Notes under the pieces: generated by a model
Database searches by the model: none
What the model saw: only the letters and a program-made list of their open reading frames with translations
What the model was told of the DNA's origin: nothing
NCBI RefSeq assembly: GCF_000039765.1
Contig: NC_004459.3
Span: forward strand, 2,121,127 to 2,153,126
Length of the DNA stretch: 32,000 nt
Source: Vibrio vulnificus CMCP6
Lineage (GTDB): Bacteria; Pseudomonadota; Gammaproteobacteria; Enterobacterales; Vibrionaceae
Reading direction: 5' to 3'
Shown here: positions 1 to 11,281 of the stretch, piece after piece
How the letters are laid out: each line of letters starts with the position of its first letter
How positions within the stretch are numbered: the stretch's first letter is position 1
Program-made: the position numbers and the translations under genes

Positions 1-57
1 AAAACCTCGGCTCTGATGCGACCAAGTCAATCCTTAAACCAAGTGATTGAAGCTTAA
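1..57 (+). CDS. C-terminal fragment of an upstream gene, probably monomeric NADP-dependent isocitrate dehydrogenase
   Basis: Frame 1 reads KTSALMRPSQSLNQVIEA* and is followed by a terminator hairpin. The MRPS..N..I tail resembles the C-terminus of monomeric IDH, and icd neighbours cspD in vibrios. The fragment is very short. Confidence 0.45.
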   Translation, partial: KTSALMRPSQSLNQVIEA

Positions 58-66
58 TGCAAAAAA

Positions 67-92
67 CAAAACCCGCCGAAAGGCGGGTTTTT
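67..92 (+). terminator. Rho-independent terminator, possibly bidirectional (upstream gene and cspD)
   Basis: CCCGCC-GAAA-GGCGGG stem-loop flanked by an A run on the left and TTTTT on the right. Confidence 0.85.
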
Positions 93-143
93 CAATAAGA
101 GCTAAAGCGTTGCTTAAAAGTGAATTTTGTCGCAATACCAGTC

Positions 144-365
144 TTACTTCGTTGCTTGTACTTCGAGTGGAACGACGCTGCTAGCGTGACACCCTTTCGG
201 ACCTTTCTCAATCTCATACGTGACTTGTTGGCCCGCTTTCAGTGTACGATAACCGTCCATCTGAATCGTTGAGTAGTGGGCGAAGATGTCGCCTTCCTCT
301 TGATCTGAACAGATAAAACCAAATCCTTTGGCGTTATTGAACCACTTTACTGTACCTGTAGCCAT
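144..365 (-). CDS. cspD: Cold-shock-domain protein CspD
   Basis: ORF MATGTVKWFNNAKGFGFICSDQEEGDIFAHYSTI... carries RNP1/RNP2-like cold-shock motifs and is divergent from clpS, as in E. coli. The ORF track start at 374 adds MYS. Confidence 0.93.
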   Translation of the reverse strand: MATGTVKWFNNAKGFGFICSDQEEGDIFAHYSTIQMDGYRTLKAGQQVTYEIEKGPKGCHASSVVPLEVQATK

Positions 366-905
366 GCTATACATCCCTCATGCATTTTGTTACTGATGTT
401 GTTAGCCAATCTTTAGCCTGTGTAACAGACTGATGGCAAATTTGCTTTTAAGCTAAATTTAAGAATTTCGTGTGATGGATTTTTGGCAGTTAAACTTTTT
501 TGCAAGTTTCGCGTTTTGCGAAGCGAAGCACTAAGTGAAGAAAAATTCATCAACACCAACCAATGTAGTCAATGATTTTGGCTAGTCAATAGTAAAAATG
601 TATTAATAACAACATAATCGCAAACAGATCACTTTTGGGTTTAACATTTTTGCAAAAGTTTCTTTGTTGAGTGATTGAGCTTTTCCCTAAAATGAGTTGA
701 CGTCTGATGGCAAAAGCATCAAACAGTTGCAGATAAATAGCCTTGTCTCATCTTTTTATTTGCAGCCTGCTGTGGCGTGAATTAGTCTCTAAGTAAGGGA
801 AATTACACGCGAAGGCTAACTGACTACACCGAGCTTGGTGCTTATGGTAAAGTGTTTGCAGGTATCTGACTCTTTGTTGAAAGTCCCAAGTGTTTAATAG
901 AAGCC

Positions 906-1226
906 ATGAGTAAAAATTTTGAATGGATCACTCCAGATTCGGATTTACTGGAGAAAGAAATAACCCAGATTCAACCGCCCAAGAAGTACAACGTGGTGCT
1001 AAACAACGATGATTACACCCCGATGGATTTCGTGATTGATGTTCTTGAGCGTTTTTTTTCGCATGATTTAGATAAAGCTACGCAGATCATGTTGAAAGTT
1101 CACTACGAAGGGAAAGCAATTTGTGGCACGTATAGTGCAGAGATTGCTGAAACGAAAGTAGCGCAGGTAACGATGTATTCAAGGGAAAATGAACATCCGT
1201 TGCTGTGTACGATGGAGCAAGCGTAA
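906..1226 (+). CDS. clpS: ATP-dependent Clp protease adaptor ClpS
   Basis: 106 aa with a ClpS-type core ([25 protein letters not shown]...[20 protein letters not shown]), directly upstream of clpA. Confidence 0.97.
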   Translation: MSKNFEWITPDSDLLEKEITQIQPPKKYNVVLNNDDYTPMDFVIDVLERFFSHDLDKATQIMLKVHYEGKAICGTYSAEIAETKVAQVTMYSRENEHPLLCTMEQA

Positions 1227-1273
1227 AGATAAGACTTGCTCGAGCAACCAAGTTGTTCTCACAGGAGGTACTT

Positions 1274-3550
1274 ATGCTTAATAAAGAATTAGAGTCGAGC
1301 CTGAATGGCGCTTTCGCTCGTGCTCGTGACAAACGACATGAGTTCATGACTGTTGAACACCTCCTACTCGCATTGTTGGAAAACAATGCTGCGAAGGAAG
1401 CTCTTTTGGCGTGCAAAGCCGATCTCAATGCTCTGCGATATGAACTGGATGTGTTCATTGATCAGACAACTCCTCTTATTCCAGACAATGATGAAACTCG
1501 GGAAACTCAACCTACGTTGAGCTTTCAGCGAGTGCTTCAACGAGCTGTGTTTCATGTTCAGTCTTCCGGTCGCAGTGAAGTAACTGGCGCAAATGTGCTG
1601 GTTGCTATCTTTAGTGAACAAGAATCGCACGCTGCTTATCTATTGAAAAAAAATGATATTTCACGATTGGATATCGTGAATTACATTTCTCACGGTATCA
1701 CGAAAGCATCTGGCGCGAGTGATGACTCTTCCTCTTCTTCAGATTCCTTCGGCAGCGATGCGAGTAGTGAAGAGAACAGCTCAGAAGAGCGCTTAGAAAG
1801 TTTTGCTACCAACCTCAATCAAGTTGCGAAAGATGGCCATATTGACCCTCTAATTGGCCGAGATAAAGAGTTGGAACGTACGATACAAGTACTTTGTCGC
1901 CGCCGCAAAAACAACCCACTTCTCGTTGGTGAAGCTGGGGTTGGTAAGACAGCCATTGCAGAAGGATTGGCGTGGAGAATTGTCGAGGGCTCGGTACCAG
2001 ACGTTATTAAAGACAGCGTCATCTATTCCCTAGATATTGGCTCATTGCTGGCGGGAACCAAATACCGTGGCGATTTCGAGAAGCGTTTTAAGACCATTCT
2101 TAAGCAATTAGAGAAAGAAAAAGACGCCATCTTATTTATTGATGAAATTCACACTATCATTGGTGCTGGCGCGGCTTCTGGTGGCCAGGTTGATGCCGCA
2201 AACTTGATTAAACCGTTATTAAGTGGCGGAAAGCTACGCTGTATCGGTTCTACTACCTATCAAGAATACAGCAACATTTTTGAGAAAGAGCGTGCTTTGT
2301 CTCGCCGTTTCCAAAAAATCGACGTTGTCGAGCCTTCGCTAGATGATACAACGAAGATTTTGATGGGTTTGAAATCTAAATACGAAGCGCACCATGATGT
2401 CCGCTATACCAACAAAGCGCTGAGAGCTGCAGTTGAACTCTCTGCGAAGTACATTAATGAACGTCATTTGCCGGATAAAGCGATCGACGTGATTGATGAA
2501 GCGGGTGCGCGTAGTCGCCTGACGCCAGCGAGTCGTCGTAAGAAAACGGTTGGTGTGGCAGATATTGAAGCCATGGTGGCTAAAATGGCTCGTATCCCAG
2601 AAAAATCGGTATCCTCTTCGGATAAAGATATTCTCAAGAGCCTTGATGACAAGATGAAAATGTTGGTGTTTGGGCAAGATGCGGCGATTGACGTACTTTG
2701 TGAAGCCATCAAGCTCAGCCGTGCGGGATTAGGCGCAGAAAACAAACCGGTGGGCTCTTTCTTATTTGCTGGCCCTACTGGTGTTGGTAAAACGGAGGTC
2801 ACTGTTCAGCTGTCGAAGCTACTTGGGATTGAGTTATTACGCTTTGATATGTCCGAGTATGGTGAGAGACATTCAGTGAGCCGTTTGATTGGTGCGCCTC
2901 CAGGCTATGTTGGCTACGATCAAGGTGGTTTGCTCACAGATGCGGTGATCAAACATCCTCATGCCGTTGTGCTGCTGGATGAAATCGAAAAAGCGCACCC
3001 AGATATCTTCAACCTACTGTTGCAGGTGATGGATAACGGCACGCTAACCGATAACAATGGTCGTAAAGCGGATTTCCGTAATGTCATCTTAGTCATGACC
3101 ACCAATGCTGGTGTCGCAGAGACAGAGAAAAAATCGATTGGTTTGATTCAGCAGGATCATAGTCATGATGCGATGGCGGAAATTAAGAAAGTCTTCACTC
3201 CAGAGTTTCGCAATCGTCTCGATAACATCATTTGGTTTAATAGCCTTGATGAAGCGATTATTCATCAGGTTGTGGACAAGTTTATTGTCGAGCTACAGGT
3301 GCAATTGGACGCGCGTGGCGTTTCTTTGGAAGTGTCTGAAGATGCACGTCACTGGTTAGCAAACAAAGGTTACGATAAAGCCATGGGTGCCCGACCAATG
3401 AGCCGAGTTATTCAAGATAAACTGAAAAAACCGTTGGCAAACGAGCTGCTGTTTGGTTCGTTAATCGATGGCGGTACGGTGAAAGTAACGTTAGAGAAAG
3501 ATGATTTGAAGTTTGAGTATCTGACAACGCGTGAAGAAGCGGTTCATTAA
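1274..3550 (+). CDS. clpA: ATP-dependent Clp protease ATP-binding subunit ClpA
   Basis: Start [31 protein letters not shown] follows an AGGAGG RBS. Two AAA+ modules are visible (GEAGVGKTA and GPTGVGKTE). The ORF track start at 1205 overlaps clpS and is probably too long. Confidence 0.97.
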   Translation: MLNKELESSLNGAFARARDKRHEFMTVEHLLLALLENNAAKEALLACKADLNALRYELDVFIDQTTPLIPDNDETRETQPTLSFQRVLQRAVFHVQSSGRSEVTGANVLVAIFSEQESHAAYLLKKNDISRLDIVNYISHGITKASGASDDSSSSSDSFGSDASSEENSSEERLESFATNLNQVAKDGHIDPLIGRDKELERTIQVLCRRRKNNPLLVGEAGVGKTAIAEGLAWRIVEGSVPDVIKDSVIYSLDIGSLLAGTKYRGDFEKRFKTILKQLEKEKDAILFIDEIHTIIGAGAASGGQVDAANLIKPLLSGGKLRCIGSTTYQEYSNIFEKERALSRRFQKIDVVEPSLDDTTKILMGLKSKYEAHHDVRYTNKALRAAVELSAKYINERHLPDKAIDVIDEAGARSRLTPASRRKKTVGVADIEAMVAKMARIPEKSVSSSDKDILKSLDDKMKMLVFGQDAAIDVLCEAIKLSRAGLGAENKPVGSFLFAGPTGVGKTEVTVQLSKLLGIELLRFDMSEYGERHSVSRLIGAPPGYVGYDQGGLLTDAVIKHPHAVVLLDEIEKAHPDIFNLLLQVMDNGTLTDNNGRKADFRNVILVMTTNAGVAETEKKSIGLIQQDHSHDAMAEIKKVFTPEFRNRLDNIIWFNSLDEAIIHQVVDKFIVELQVQLDARGVSLEVSEDARHWLANKGYDKAMGARPMSRVIQDKLKKPLANELLFGSLIDGGTVKVTLEKDDLKFEYLTTREEAVH

Positions 3551-3555
3551 AAGTA

Positions 3556-3589
3556 AATAATAAAGCGAGCTAAGGCTCGCTTTATTATT
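3556..3589 (+). terminator. Rho-independent terminator after clpA
   Basis: AATAATAAAGCGAGC-TAAG-GCTCGCTTTATTATT, a perfect 15-bp stem. Confidence 0.85.
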
Positions 3590-3641
3590 GATAGCTTACA
3601 AAAGCGCGCGACTTAGGCGCTTCTGTAAGCGACATGATTCT

Positions 3642-3686
3642 AGTCAAACAAAAAGCGGAGCATAGCGCTCCGCTTTTTGTTTGACT
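3642..3686 (-). terminator. Rho-independent terminator after infA
   Basis: AGTCAAACAAAAAGCGGAGC-ATAGC-GCTCCGCTTTTTGTTTGACT, a perfect 20-bp stem with A/T tracts near the base. Confidence 0.85.
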
Positions 3687-3700
3687 GCGATAATCAGAGA

Positions 3701-3919
<219 letters not shown>

Positions 3920-3998
3920 TTAATCCTCTTAGAAACTTGGCGAATCTTGACGGTTACATAAGCCGTCAAAATGTAAAAAAGTAAAGTTGGGGCGTATT

Positions 3999-4697
3999 CT
4001 ACCCTTGCCAACGCTGATTTACTAGTTTTTGGTGGCGATGAAAGCGAACTTTATAGTTCATCGCTGGGCACTCGTCAATCTGATAGCCCAAATAGAGCCA
4101 CTGCTTTTTCTCTTCTTGACAGAATTCCAATTGAAATAACACGGCCAGTGTCCCCAAAGATAGCTCATGTTCTGGTTCGAAAAAGGTGTAAAAAGCACTG
4201 GCGCAATGATCCATGATGTCTGTCACTGCGACAGCGATTAAGCGTTGTCCTTCATAAATGTGGAGAAACTGCGTGGTTAGCCATTGATTACGAGAAAAGT
4301 GAGCAAAGTCATCTTTTTTCGGGGGATACATGGTTCCGTTACGATGTCGAGCAACAATGTATCGACTGTAGAGATCGAACCAGTTTTCATCCATATTCCG
4401 CTTCATCGACCAGCTAAGGGAGCGTGCTTTGGCCAGCAAACGCTTTTGGCTGCGTGAAAGTTCAATGTCGGGTACTGATATGCGAATGGGTTGGCATGAG
4501 TGGCAGCTATCGCAATGAGGCTTGTATATGGTATTGCCACTGCGACGAAATCCATTGGCTAACAGAACTTCATAATTGTCAGCCGTGTGCATATCCGCCT
4601 CAAGTGCCACGGCGACTCGTTCTTTTCTCTCGGGCAAATAACTGCAAGGGTGATTGTCTGTGAGCCCTATTTTAATTTGATGGATATCTGAACTCAT
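3999..4697 (-). CDS. bpt: Bacterial aspartate/glutamate leucyltransferase (Bpt; ATE-type leucyl-tRNA-protein transferase)
   Basis: MSSDIHQIKIGLTDNHPCSYLPERKERVAVAL...YKPHCDSCHSCQPIRI... is an ATE-fold family protein. The start at 4697 overlaps the aat stop as ATGA. The ORF track start at 4889 is internal to aat. Confidence 0.94.
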   Translation of the reverse strand: MSSDIHQIKIGLTDNHPCSYLPERKERVAVALEADMHTADNYEVLLANGFRRSGNTIYKPHCDSCHSCQPIRISVPDIELSRSQKRLLAKARSLSWSMKRNMDENWFDLYSRYIVARHRNGTMYPPKKDDFAHFSRNQWLTTQFLHIYEGQRLIAVAVTDIMDHCASAFYTFFEPEHELSLGTLAVLFQLEFCQEEKKQWLYLGYQIDECPAMNYKVRFHRHQKLVNQRWQG

Positions 4698-5407
4698 GCA
4701 TTGTGCCTCTTCAACCATTGGGGTGAGAAACAACCCGACGTTACTCTCTGTTGTTTTAAGCATAGCAGCCGTTGGAGAAATTCCTCTCTCGGCAACGTAA
4801 AAGCCCCCAATGAGTGCAAATGAGAATTCATCACCTGGCAATCGATCAGCTTGCCACCATGCTCGCTGAAATGACGGCAAAAATACCATAATGCAATTTT
4901 AGATGCGTTGGTTTCGAGGCTAAACATCGATTCGCCACAAAACAATTCTCCTATGCTAAGGCCATAGAAACCGCCAATGAGTCTTTGATCTTGCCAAACC
5001 TCAACCGAGTGACAGACACCTTGCAAAGCTAATGAGATGTAGGCCGCTTGCATCTCTTCATTTAGCCAAGTTTCTTCCGCTGGTCGTGTGTTGCCACATA
5101 GCTTAATGACTTCTGGCGTCGCATGATTAATGCTGACTTGGTATTGAGCCTTTCTCTGGAACTTTTTAAGGCTTTTAGCGGGTAAGAAGGTGTTTGGATC
5201 AAAAACGGCTCGCGTTGATGGACTCCACCACAAAATCGGCTCTCCCGGCCCATACCACGGGAAAATACCGTGGTGATATGCTGCGATCAGTCTTTCTGGA
5301 GTGAGGTCACCACCAAAGGCCAATAAGCCATTTGGATCGGCTAATGCATTTTCTGCAGGAGGAAAGTCTAAACTTTTACTATCAAGTTCTGTCAGATAGA
5401 TCGCCAT
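4694..5407 (-). CDS. aat: Leucyl/phenylalanyl-tRNA--protein transferase
   Basis: MAIYLTELDSKSLDFPPAENALADPNGLLAFGGDLTPERLIAAYHHGIFPWYGPGEPILWWSPSTRAV... is canonical Aat. The upstream extension to 5593 runs into the divergent gene. Confidence 0.97.
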   Translation of the reverse strand: MAIYLTELDSKSLDFPPAENALADPNGLLAFGGDLTPERLIAAYHHGIFPWYGPGEPILWWSPSTRAVFDPNTFLPAKSLKKFQRKAQYQVSINHATPEVIKLCGNTRPAEETWLNEEMQAAYISLALQGVCHSVEVWQDQRLIGGFYGLSIGELFCGESMFSLETNASKIALWYFCRHFSEHGGKLIDCQVMNSHLHSLGAFTLPREEFLQRLLCLKQQRVTSGCFSPQWLKRHNA

Positions 5408-5443
5408 GTGAGAATATCTATAGTCCGGTTTGAGGAGATGTTT

Positions 5444-5899
5444 ATGAAAAAATGGTTGTATTGCCTGCTGTTTATGTCGTTTCTCGTGCACGCAAACTAT
5501 GAGAGGAATGTAGCAAAGCCAGTGAATAAAGTCATTTATGGCGAAGTGGAATCGGTTCGATACATTTCTCAACAGGAGATTATGCGCTCTCAAGCCGAAG
5601 GATGGAAAACATTACTCGGTGCCACGATAGGTGGTTTAGTTGGAAATCAGTTTGGAGGAGGGACAGGAAAAGAGGTCGCAACAGCCATTGGCGCAGTAGC
5701 GGGCGCTGTCATAGTACAAAACCAAGGTCAAAGTGAATACCGCATTGAATATCAACTGGTTGAACTGTTGATTGAGACTGAAAAAGGGCAGTTGATTAAT
5801 GTTATTCAGGATGTTGATAAGAATATGTTATTCAACCGTGCGGATAAGGTTCGGATACTTTATTTTGATGATGGAGTTAGGGTTGATTTAGCACTTTAG
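5444..5899 (+). CDS. Glycine-zipper 2TM domain (SlyB-like) envelope protein
   Basis: MKKWLYCLLFMSFLVHA signal-like N-terminus, GATIGGLVGNQFGGGTGKEVATAIGAVAGAV glycine zipper, and GAGGAG RBS just upstream of the internal ATG. Confidence 0.8.
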   Translation: MKKWLYCLLFMSFLVHANYERNVAKPVNKVIYGEVESVRYISQQEIMRSQAEGWKTLLGATIGGLVGNQFGGGTGKEVATAIGAVAGAVIVQNQGQSEYRIEYQLVELLIETEKGQLINVIQDVDKNMLFNRADKVRILYFDDGVRVDLAL

Positions 5900-6023
5900 A
5901 TTTGAGTAATTATTCACTCATTTACACTGGTTTTATCGGTTCTTTTTCGTTAGTCTGAAGTCACGAAGAATAAGTTGAAGTCCCCATTTTAAGGAAAACG
6001 GGACTCAAGGATTAACTCAATTA

Positions 6024-7310
6024 ATGGAAAGCCTTACGTTACAACCGATTAAAAAAGTCAATGGTGAAGTGAACCTGCCTGGTTCAAAAAGTGTTTCTAA
6101 CCGCGCCTTGTTATTGGCTGCCCTTGCTAAAGGCACAACGCGACTCACTAACTTGTTAGATAGTGATGATATCCGTCATATGCTGAATGCGCTAACGAAG
6201 CTTGGCGTGCATTATGAGCTCTCTGCCGACAAAACCGTTTGTGTTGTGGAAGGCTTAGGCCGTCCGTTTACAGCAACTGAGGCTCAGGAGCTGTTTTTAG
6301 GCAACGCCGGTACAGCGATGCGCCCACTTGCCGCAGCGCTTTGTTTGGGCAAAGGGGAGTTTGTACTGACGGGCGAACCACGAATGAAAGAGCGCCCTAT
6401 TGGGCACTTAGTGGATGCCTTAAGAGAAGCGGGTGCTCAAATCGAGTATCTTGAAAACGAAAACTACCCACCGTTGAAAATCAACGCAACAGGCTTACAG
6501 GCGGGAACTGTCAATATTGACGGCTCTATTTCTAGCCAATTCTTAACTGCATTTTTGATGGCGGCACCGTTAGCACAAGGTGAAGTGAAAATTCATATTG
6601 TCGGTGAACTCGTTTCAAAACCTTACATCGATATTACACTGCACATCATGAAGCAATTTGGTGTGGATGTGGTCAACAATGCCTACCAAGAATTTATTAT
6701 TCCAGCTGGTCAAAGTTATGTTTCGCCTGGGCAATTCTTGGTGGAAGGTGATGCCTCGTCTGCGTCTTATTTTCTTGCTGCTGCCGCAATTAAAGGTGGC
6801 GAGATCAAGGTAACGGGAATCGGCAAAAATAGTATTCAGGGAGACATCCATTTTGCTGATGCTCTTGAGAAAATGGGGGCCGAAATTGAGTGGGGAGAAG
6901 ACTACGTCATCTCTCGCGTTGGTCGTCTAAAAGGCATCGACATGGATTACAATCATATCCCTGACGCGGCAATGACCATTGCAACTACGGCTCTTTTTGC
7001 TCAAGGCACAACAGCCATTCGCAACGTGTACAACTGGCGTGTGAAAGAAACCGATCGATTATCCGCAATGGCAACTGAGCTACGTAAGGTGGGCGCGGAA
7101 GTGGAAGAGGGTGAGGATTATCTAATCGTTAATCCGCCACAACAACTCAGGCATGCCGCCATTGACACTTATGACGATCACCGTATCGCAATGTGTTTTT
7201 CATTGGTAGCGCTGAGCGACACTCCTGTAACGATTAACGATCCGAAGTGCACGTCAAAAACATTTCCGGATTACTTTGACAAGCTGGCTTCACTGAGTGA
7301 GTTAGCGTAA
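6024..7310 (+). CDS. aroA: 3-phosphoshikimate 1-carboxyvinyltransferase (EPSP synthase)
   Basis: 428 aa containing [33 protein letters not shown] and DDHRIAMCF, canonical AroA motifs. Confidence 0.98.
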   Translation: MESLTLQPIKKVNGEVNLPGSKSVSNRALLLAALAKGTTRLTNLLDSDDIRHMLNALTKLGVHYELSADKTVCVVEGLGRPFTATEAQELFLGNAGTAMRPLAAALCLGKGEFVLTGEPRMKERPIGHLVDALREAGAQIEYLENENYPPLKINATGLQAGTVNIDGSISSQFLTAFLMAAPLAQGEVKIHIVGELVSKPYIDITLHIMKQFGVDVVNNAYQEFIIPAGQSYVSPGQFLVEGDASSASYFLAAAAIKGGEIKVTGIGKNSIQGDIHFADALEKMGAEIEWGEDYVISRVGRLKGIDMDYNHIPDAAMTIATTALFAQGTTAIRNVYNWRVKETDRLSAMATELRKVGAEVEEGEDYLIVNPPQQLRHAAIDTYDDHRIAMCFSLVALSDTPVTINDPKCTSKTFPDYFDKLASLSELA

Positions 7311-7315
7311 GAATA

Positions 7316-7344
7316 AAAGCCTTGGTGAAAAGCCAAGGCTTTCT
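7316..7344 (+). terminator. Rho-independent terminator after aroA
   Basis: AAAGCCTTGG-TGAAAAG-CCAAGGCTTT hairpin. Confidence 0.75.
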
Positions 7345-7511
7345 TGTATCTCCGTTGAGCGTGAAGTTGTCGCGGTGTTGGCTAAGCACGCTTGTTGGAA
7401 CGTTAGTCAGAGTTGGTACATAGTAAATCTATGCTGATGGAGATTGACTCGCTTGCCGGCTAACTTCAACGCCAACTCGTTTATGGAAATGTTGGCGTAT
7501 CAGTGGGAAGA

Positions 7512-7760
7512 TTATTTGTCGAGAGTAAACTCTTTCGACAAATGGTGCGCGAGGTACTTAAACATGTTGAAAACCGACGTGGTTTTGGCTGTTGGTAGGC
7601 CGTTATGGTCTAAGAAATATTCCCCTTTAAACACCAGCACGTCATCTTTTTCTTCGACGCTGGTTGCTCTCATTCCCTCTATATAATCGTCATGCTCTTG
7701 GATGATGTGGTTGGCAATTAATAGCAGTTCAAATTCAGAAATGGATTTCTTGTCACTCAT
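7512..7760 (-). CDS. yciN: YciN/DUF2498 family protein
   Basis: 82 aa with IIQEHDDYIEGMRATSVEEKDDVLVFKGEYFLDHNGLPTAKTTSVFNMFKYLAHHLS, strongly YciN-like. It is divergent from topA, and yciN also neighbours topA in E. coli. Confidence 0.88.
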   Translation of the reverse strand: MSDKKSISEFELLLIANHIIQEHDDYIEGMRATSVEEKDDVLVFKGEYFLDHNGLPTAKTTSVFNMFKYLAHHLSKEFTLDK

Positions 7761-8174
7761 TTTCTTAGTGCCTTTACTATGATTTACGAGCGATAGTCTA
7801 GAGTCTTGACGGGCGAATTCAATCGCTATTAAAGAATTCGAGACAAAAAGCAGACGGTTGCTTGATGCTGATCAGTAAACGTTTTGTGACATGCAACAGA
7901 AAAATTAGGTTTTTATTAGCAACAAAATTCATCCGTTGCTTAGTATACGGCGGTCTACAGTTTCCGCATTTTGTCGACATGAGTAAAAATCGTTGTCTAT
8001 TGTTTAGCGATGAATTGTCGAGCAAACAAATTCGAAATGTAAAAAAGCAGTTGATCTTCTTTTCATCTCGCACAATAGTAAAAAAAGAAGCAATGAAATA
8101 GTACAACGTACCGATTACTTTTCTCGTCAAAACGAAAAGTAATGTGATCATTTTTTAAGGACGTTAGAGTCAAT

Positions 8175-10799
8175 ATGGGTAAATCGCTCGTTATAGTGGA
8201 GTCGCCAGCTAAGGCTAAAACGATCAATAAGTATCTTGGAAAAGACTTTGTGGTTAAGTCGAGTGTTGGTCATGTACGCGACTTGCCTACAGCAGGTCAG
8301 AGTACAGGCGAAAAAGCGGCTGCCATTTCTACTAAGGGTATGAGCGTAGAAGAAAAGGCTCGTATCAAGCAAGAGAAAGATCGTAATGCACTGATCAAGA
8401 AAATGGGTATAGACCCATATCATGATTGGGCTGCAAATTATCAAATTCTGCCAGGCAAAGAAAAAGTTGTCAGCGAATTACAAAAGCTAGCTAAAGACGC
8501 TGATTTTGTTTATCTCGCAACCGATTTGGACCGCGAGGGGGAAGCTATTGCGTGGCACCTTCGTGAGATCATCGGTGGCGATGAAGCACGCTATAAACGA
8601 GTCGTTTTTAACGAAATTACTAAGAATGCAATTCAGCAAGCATTCCAAAAACCTGGCCATCTCAATATGGATGGGGTTAACGCACAACAAGCGCGTCGAT
8701 TCATGGACCGCGTTGTGGGCTTTATGGTGTCCCCATTACTGTGGAAGAAAGTGGCTCGCGGTTTGTCTGCAGGTCGTGTGCAATCGGTCGCTGTGAAGCT
8801 TTTGGTGGAACGTGAACGAGAGATCAAAGCGTTTGTACCGGAAGAATTTTGGGACATTCACGCCAACACACTGACGCAAGAAACGATGCCATTTAAGCTT
8901 TTGGTTGCTCAAAAGTCTGGTGACACGTTCCGCCCAGTCAATGAAGCGGAAACTAATGCCGCTCTGGCGGTTCTGCAAAAAGCACAGTTTGAAGTTTGCA
9001 AGCGGGAAGACCGTCCTACTAAGAGCAAACCTTCAGCGCCGTTTATTACGTCAACGCTCCAACAAGCGGCAAGTACTCGCTTAGGCTATGGCGTTAAGAA
9101 AACCATGATGTTGGCTCAGCGTTTGTACGAAGCAGGTTACATCACCTATATGCGTACTGACTCGACCAATTTAAGCCAAGAAGCGGTAGAAGCAGTTCGT
9201 GGGTACATCAGTGATGAATTTGGATCTCGCTACTTGCCAAAAGCACCATTGGTTTATGGTAGCAAGCAAGGGGCACAAGAAGCACACGAAGCGATTCGTC
9301 CTTCAGATGTCAACGTCAAAGCAGATGCTCTAGAGGGTGTTGACGCTGACGCACACAAACTTTATGCCTTGATTTGGAATCAGTTTGTCGCCTGTCAAAT
9401 GACTGAAGCTGAGTACGACTCAACGACGGTGAGCGTTAAAGCCGCAGAATATACCTTGAAAGCAAAAGGTCGCATTCTGAAATTTGATGGTTGGACTCGC
9501 GTGCAGCGCCCACTGGGCAAAAATGAAGATACGATCCTTCCAGCGGTTCAAGTGGGCGATAAGCTAAACCTTGAGTCCTTAGAGCCGAAACAGCACTTTA
9601 CCAAGCCGCCGGCTCGTTTTACCGAAGCTGCTTTGGTTAAAGAGCTAGAGAAGCGCGGCATTGGTCGTCCTTCAACTTATGCCTCCATTATCTCGACTAT
9701 TCAAGACCGTGGTTACGTAAAAGTGGACCAGCGTCGTTTCTACGCCGAGAAAATGGGTGAAATCGTGACTGACCGTCTTGATGACAGTTTCAACGATCTG
9801 ATGAACTACGACTTTACTGCTCGTATGGAAGAGAAGCTGGATAAAATCGCCGAAGGCGATGTTAACTGGAAAGACGTTCTGAATCAGTTCTTTGCAGACT
9901 TCACCACAGATCTTGGCCGAGCCGAAGAAGACGAAGCACATGGCGGTATGAAGCCAAATCACATTGTTATGACGGATATTCAATGTCCGACCTGTTCGCG
10001 TCCAATGGGCATTCGTACTGCGTCTACTGGGGTTTTCCTTGGCTGTTCTGGTTACGCATTGCCAGTGAAAGAACGTTGTAAGACGACCATTAATCTTGGT
10101 GATGAAGAAGGCATCATCAACGTGCTTGAAGAAGATGTTGAAACTGCTGCGCTTCGAGCAAAGAAACGTTGTCCTATCTGTGAAACCGCGATGGATGCAT
10201 ACCTGATCGATGATAAACGCAAGATGCACGTATGTGGTAACAATCCAAACTGTGAGGGTTACTTAGTCGAGCATGGTGAGTTTAAAGTCAAAGGTTATGA
10301 CGGCCCTGTGGTTGAGTGTGACAAGTGTGGCAGTGACATGGTGCTCAAAAACGGTCGCTTTGGTAAATACATGGATTGCACGAGTGAGACCTGCAAGAAC
10401 ACGCGTAAGATCCTGAAAAACGGTGAAGTAGCACCACCAAAAGAAGATCCAGTGCATTTCCCTGAATTGCCATGCAGCAACTCAGATGCGTACTTTGTTC
10501 TTCGTGATGGTGCTGCTGGCTTATTCCTCGCCGCGAGTAATTTCCCGAAATCTAGAGAAACGCGTGTGCCGTTGGTTTCTGAGCTGGCTCGATTTGCTGA
10601 GCGTCTGCCAGAGAAATACAAACACCTTGCACAAGCGCCGACGCAAGATCCTGATGGTGTCGAGGCGGTTGTTCGTTTTAGCCGTAAAATCAAAGAAAAC
10701 TATGTACGCACTGAAGTCGATGGAAAACCGACAGGTTGGACAGCGCTCTATGTTGATGGTAAATGGGAAGTGACGGATAAACGTAAAAACGCGAAATAA
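8175..10799 (+). CDS. topA: DNA topoisomerase I
   Basis: 874 aa. Toprim region [25 protein letters not shown], active-site context [13 protein letters not shown], and C-terminal cysteine-rich zinc-ribbon repeats. Confidence 0.99.
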   Translation: MGKSLVIVESPAKAKTINKYLGKDFVVKSSVGHVRDLPTAGQSTGEKAAAISTKGMSVEEKARIKQEKDRNALIKKMGIDPYHDWAANYQILPGKEKVVSELQKLAKDADFVYLATDLDREGEAIAWHLREIIGGDEARYKRVVFNEITKNAIQQAFQKPGHLNMDGVNAQQARRFMDRVVGFMVSPLLWKKVARGLSAGRVQSVAVKLLVEREREIKAFVPEEFWDIHANTLTQETMPFKLLVAQKSGDTFRPVNEAETNAALAVLQKAQFEVCKREDRPTKSKPSAPFITSTLQQAASTRLGYGVKKTMMLAQRLYEAGYITYMRTDSTNLSQEAVEAVRGYISDEFGSRYLPKAPLVYGSKQGAQEAHEAIRPSDVNVKADALEGVDADAHKLYALIWNQFVACQMTEAEYDSTTVSVKAAEYTLKAKGRILKFDGWTRVQRPLGKNEDTILPAVQVGDKLNLESLEPKQHFTKPPARFTEAALVKELEKRGIGRPSTYASIISTIQDRGYVKVDQRRFYAEKMGEIVTDRLDDSFNDLMNYDFTARMEEKLDKIAEGDVNWKDVLNQFFADFTTDLGRAEEDEAHGGMKPNHIVMTDIQCPTCSRPMGIRTASTGVFLGCSGYALPVKERCKTTINLGDEEGIINVLEEDVETAALRAKKRCPICETAMDAYLIDDKRKMHVCGNNPNCEGYLVEHGEFKVKGYDGPVVECDKCGSDMVLKNGRFGKYMDCTSETCKNTRKILKNGEVAPPKEDPVHFPELPCSNSDAYFVLRDGAAGLFLAASNFPKSRETRVPLVSELARFAERLPEKYKHLAQAPTQDPDGVEAVVRFSRKIKENYVRTEVDGKPTGWTALYVDGKWEVTDKRKNAK

Positions 10800-10812
10800 C
10801 CGAGTTTGATGA

Positions 10813-10838
10813 AGCAGCCAACATTGGCTGCTTTTTTT
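10813..10838 (+). terminator. Rho-independent terminator after topA
   Basis: AGCAGCCA-ACAT-TGGCTGCT followed by a T run. Confidence 0.85.
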
Positions 10839-11281
10839 ATCTCTATCACTCACCAATTGGCTCTGCTTGTCTCCCATGACGAGTGCTGGTGACACAGGCG
10901 ATATCTATGAGATCTCTTTGTCATCGCTCTTTCATATGTCTGACTTATTCTGTTCACATGCGCTTAAGAATGTGCGTGTCGGAAATGTGTAACACAGCTG
11001 TTCGGGATATGTAAATAAACACCTGTTTGAGTGTGACTTAGGTAACGACTTCCCAACGCAACAAATGCATGCAGCACACAATACCCTATTTGAAATTGTA
11101 ATTTGTTGGAAGTGCGATAACTTATACGAAACTTGTGCAATATTAATGTAATGCCTTGATCAACAATGATTCGGCTTAAAGAATTCAAGGTTTTGCACAA
11201 GGGATAACAATTTGAGCTCAGTGTCCCCCCACATAGTGAACTCACTGAGTCTTCTAGCTATAACGAAATGGAGAACAACGA

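Noticed and set aside
1087-2802. Several minus-strand ORFs (1087-1458, 2339-2677, 2464-2802) opposite clpA
   Set aside because: They are antisense to well-conserved clpA/clpS coding sequence, show no recognisable domains, and overlap one another.
7444-7686. 80-aa minus-strand ORF overlapping yciN
   Set aside because: It is out of frame with the clearly conserved YciN-like protein at 7512-7760, so it is spurious.
9672-10693. Minus-strand ORFs up to 185 aa opposite the topA 3' half
   Set aside because: Shadow ORFs within a canonical topA reading frame; the translations show no recognisable family.
10964-11245. 93-aa minus-strand ORF in the topA-glgC gap
   Set aside because: No recognisable domain and no clear RBS; it lies in the probable glgC promoter region.
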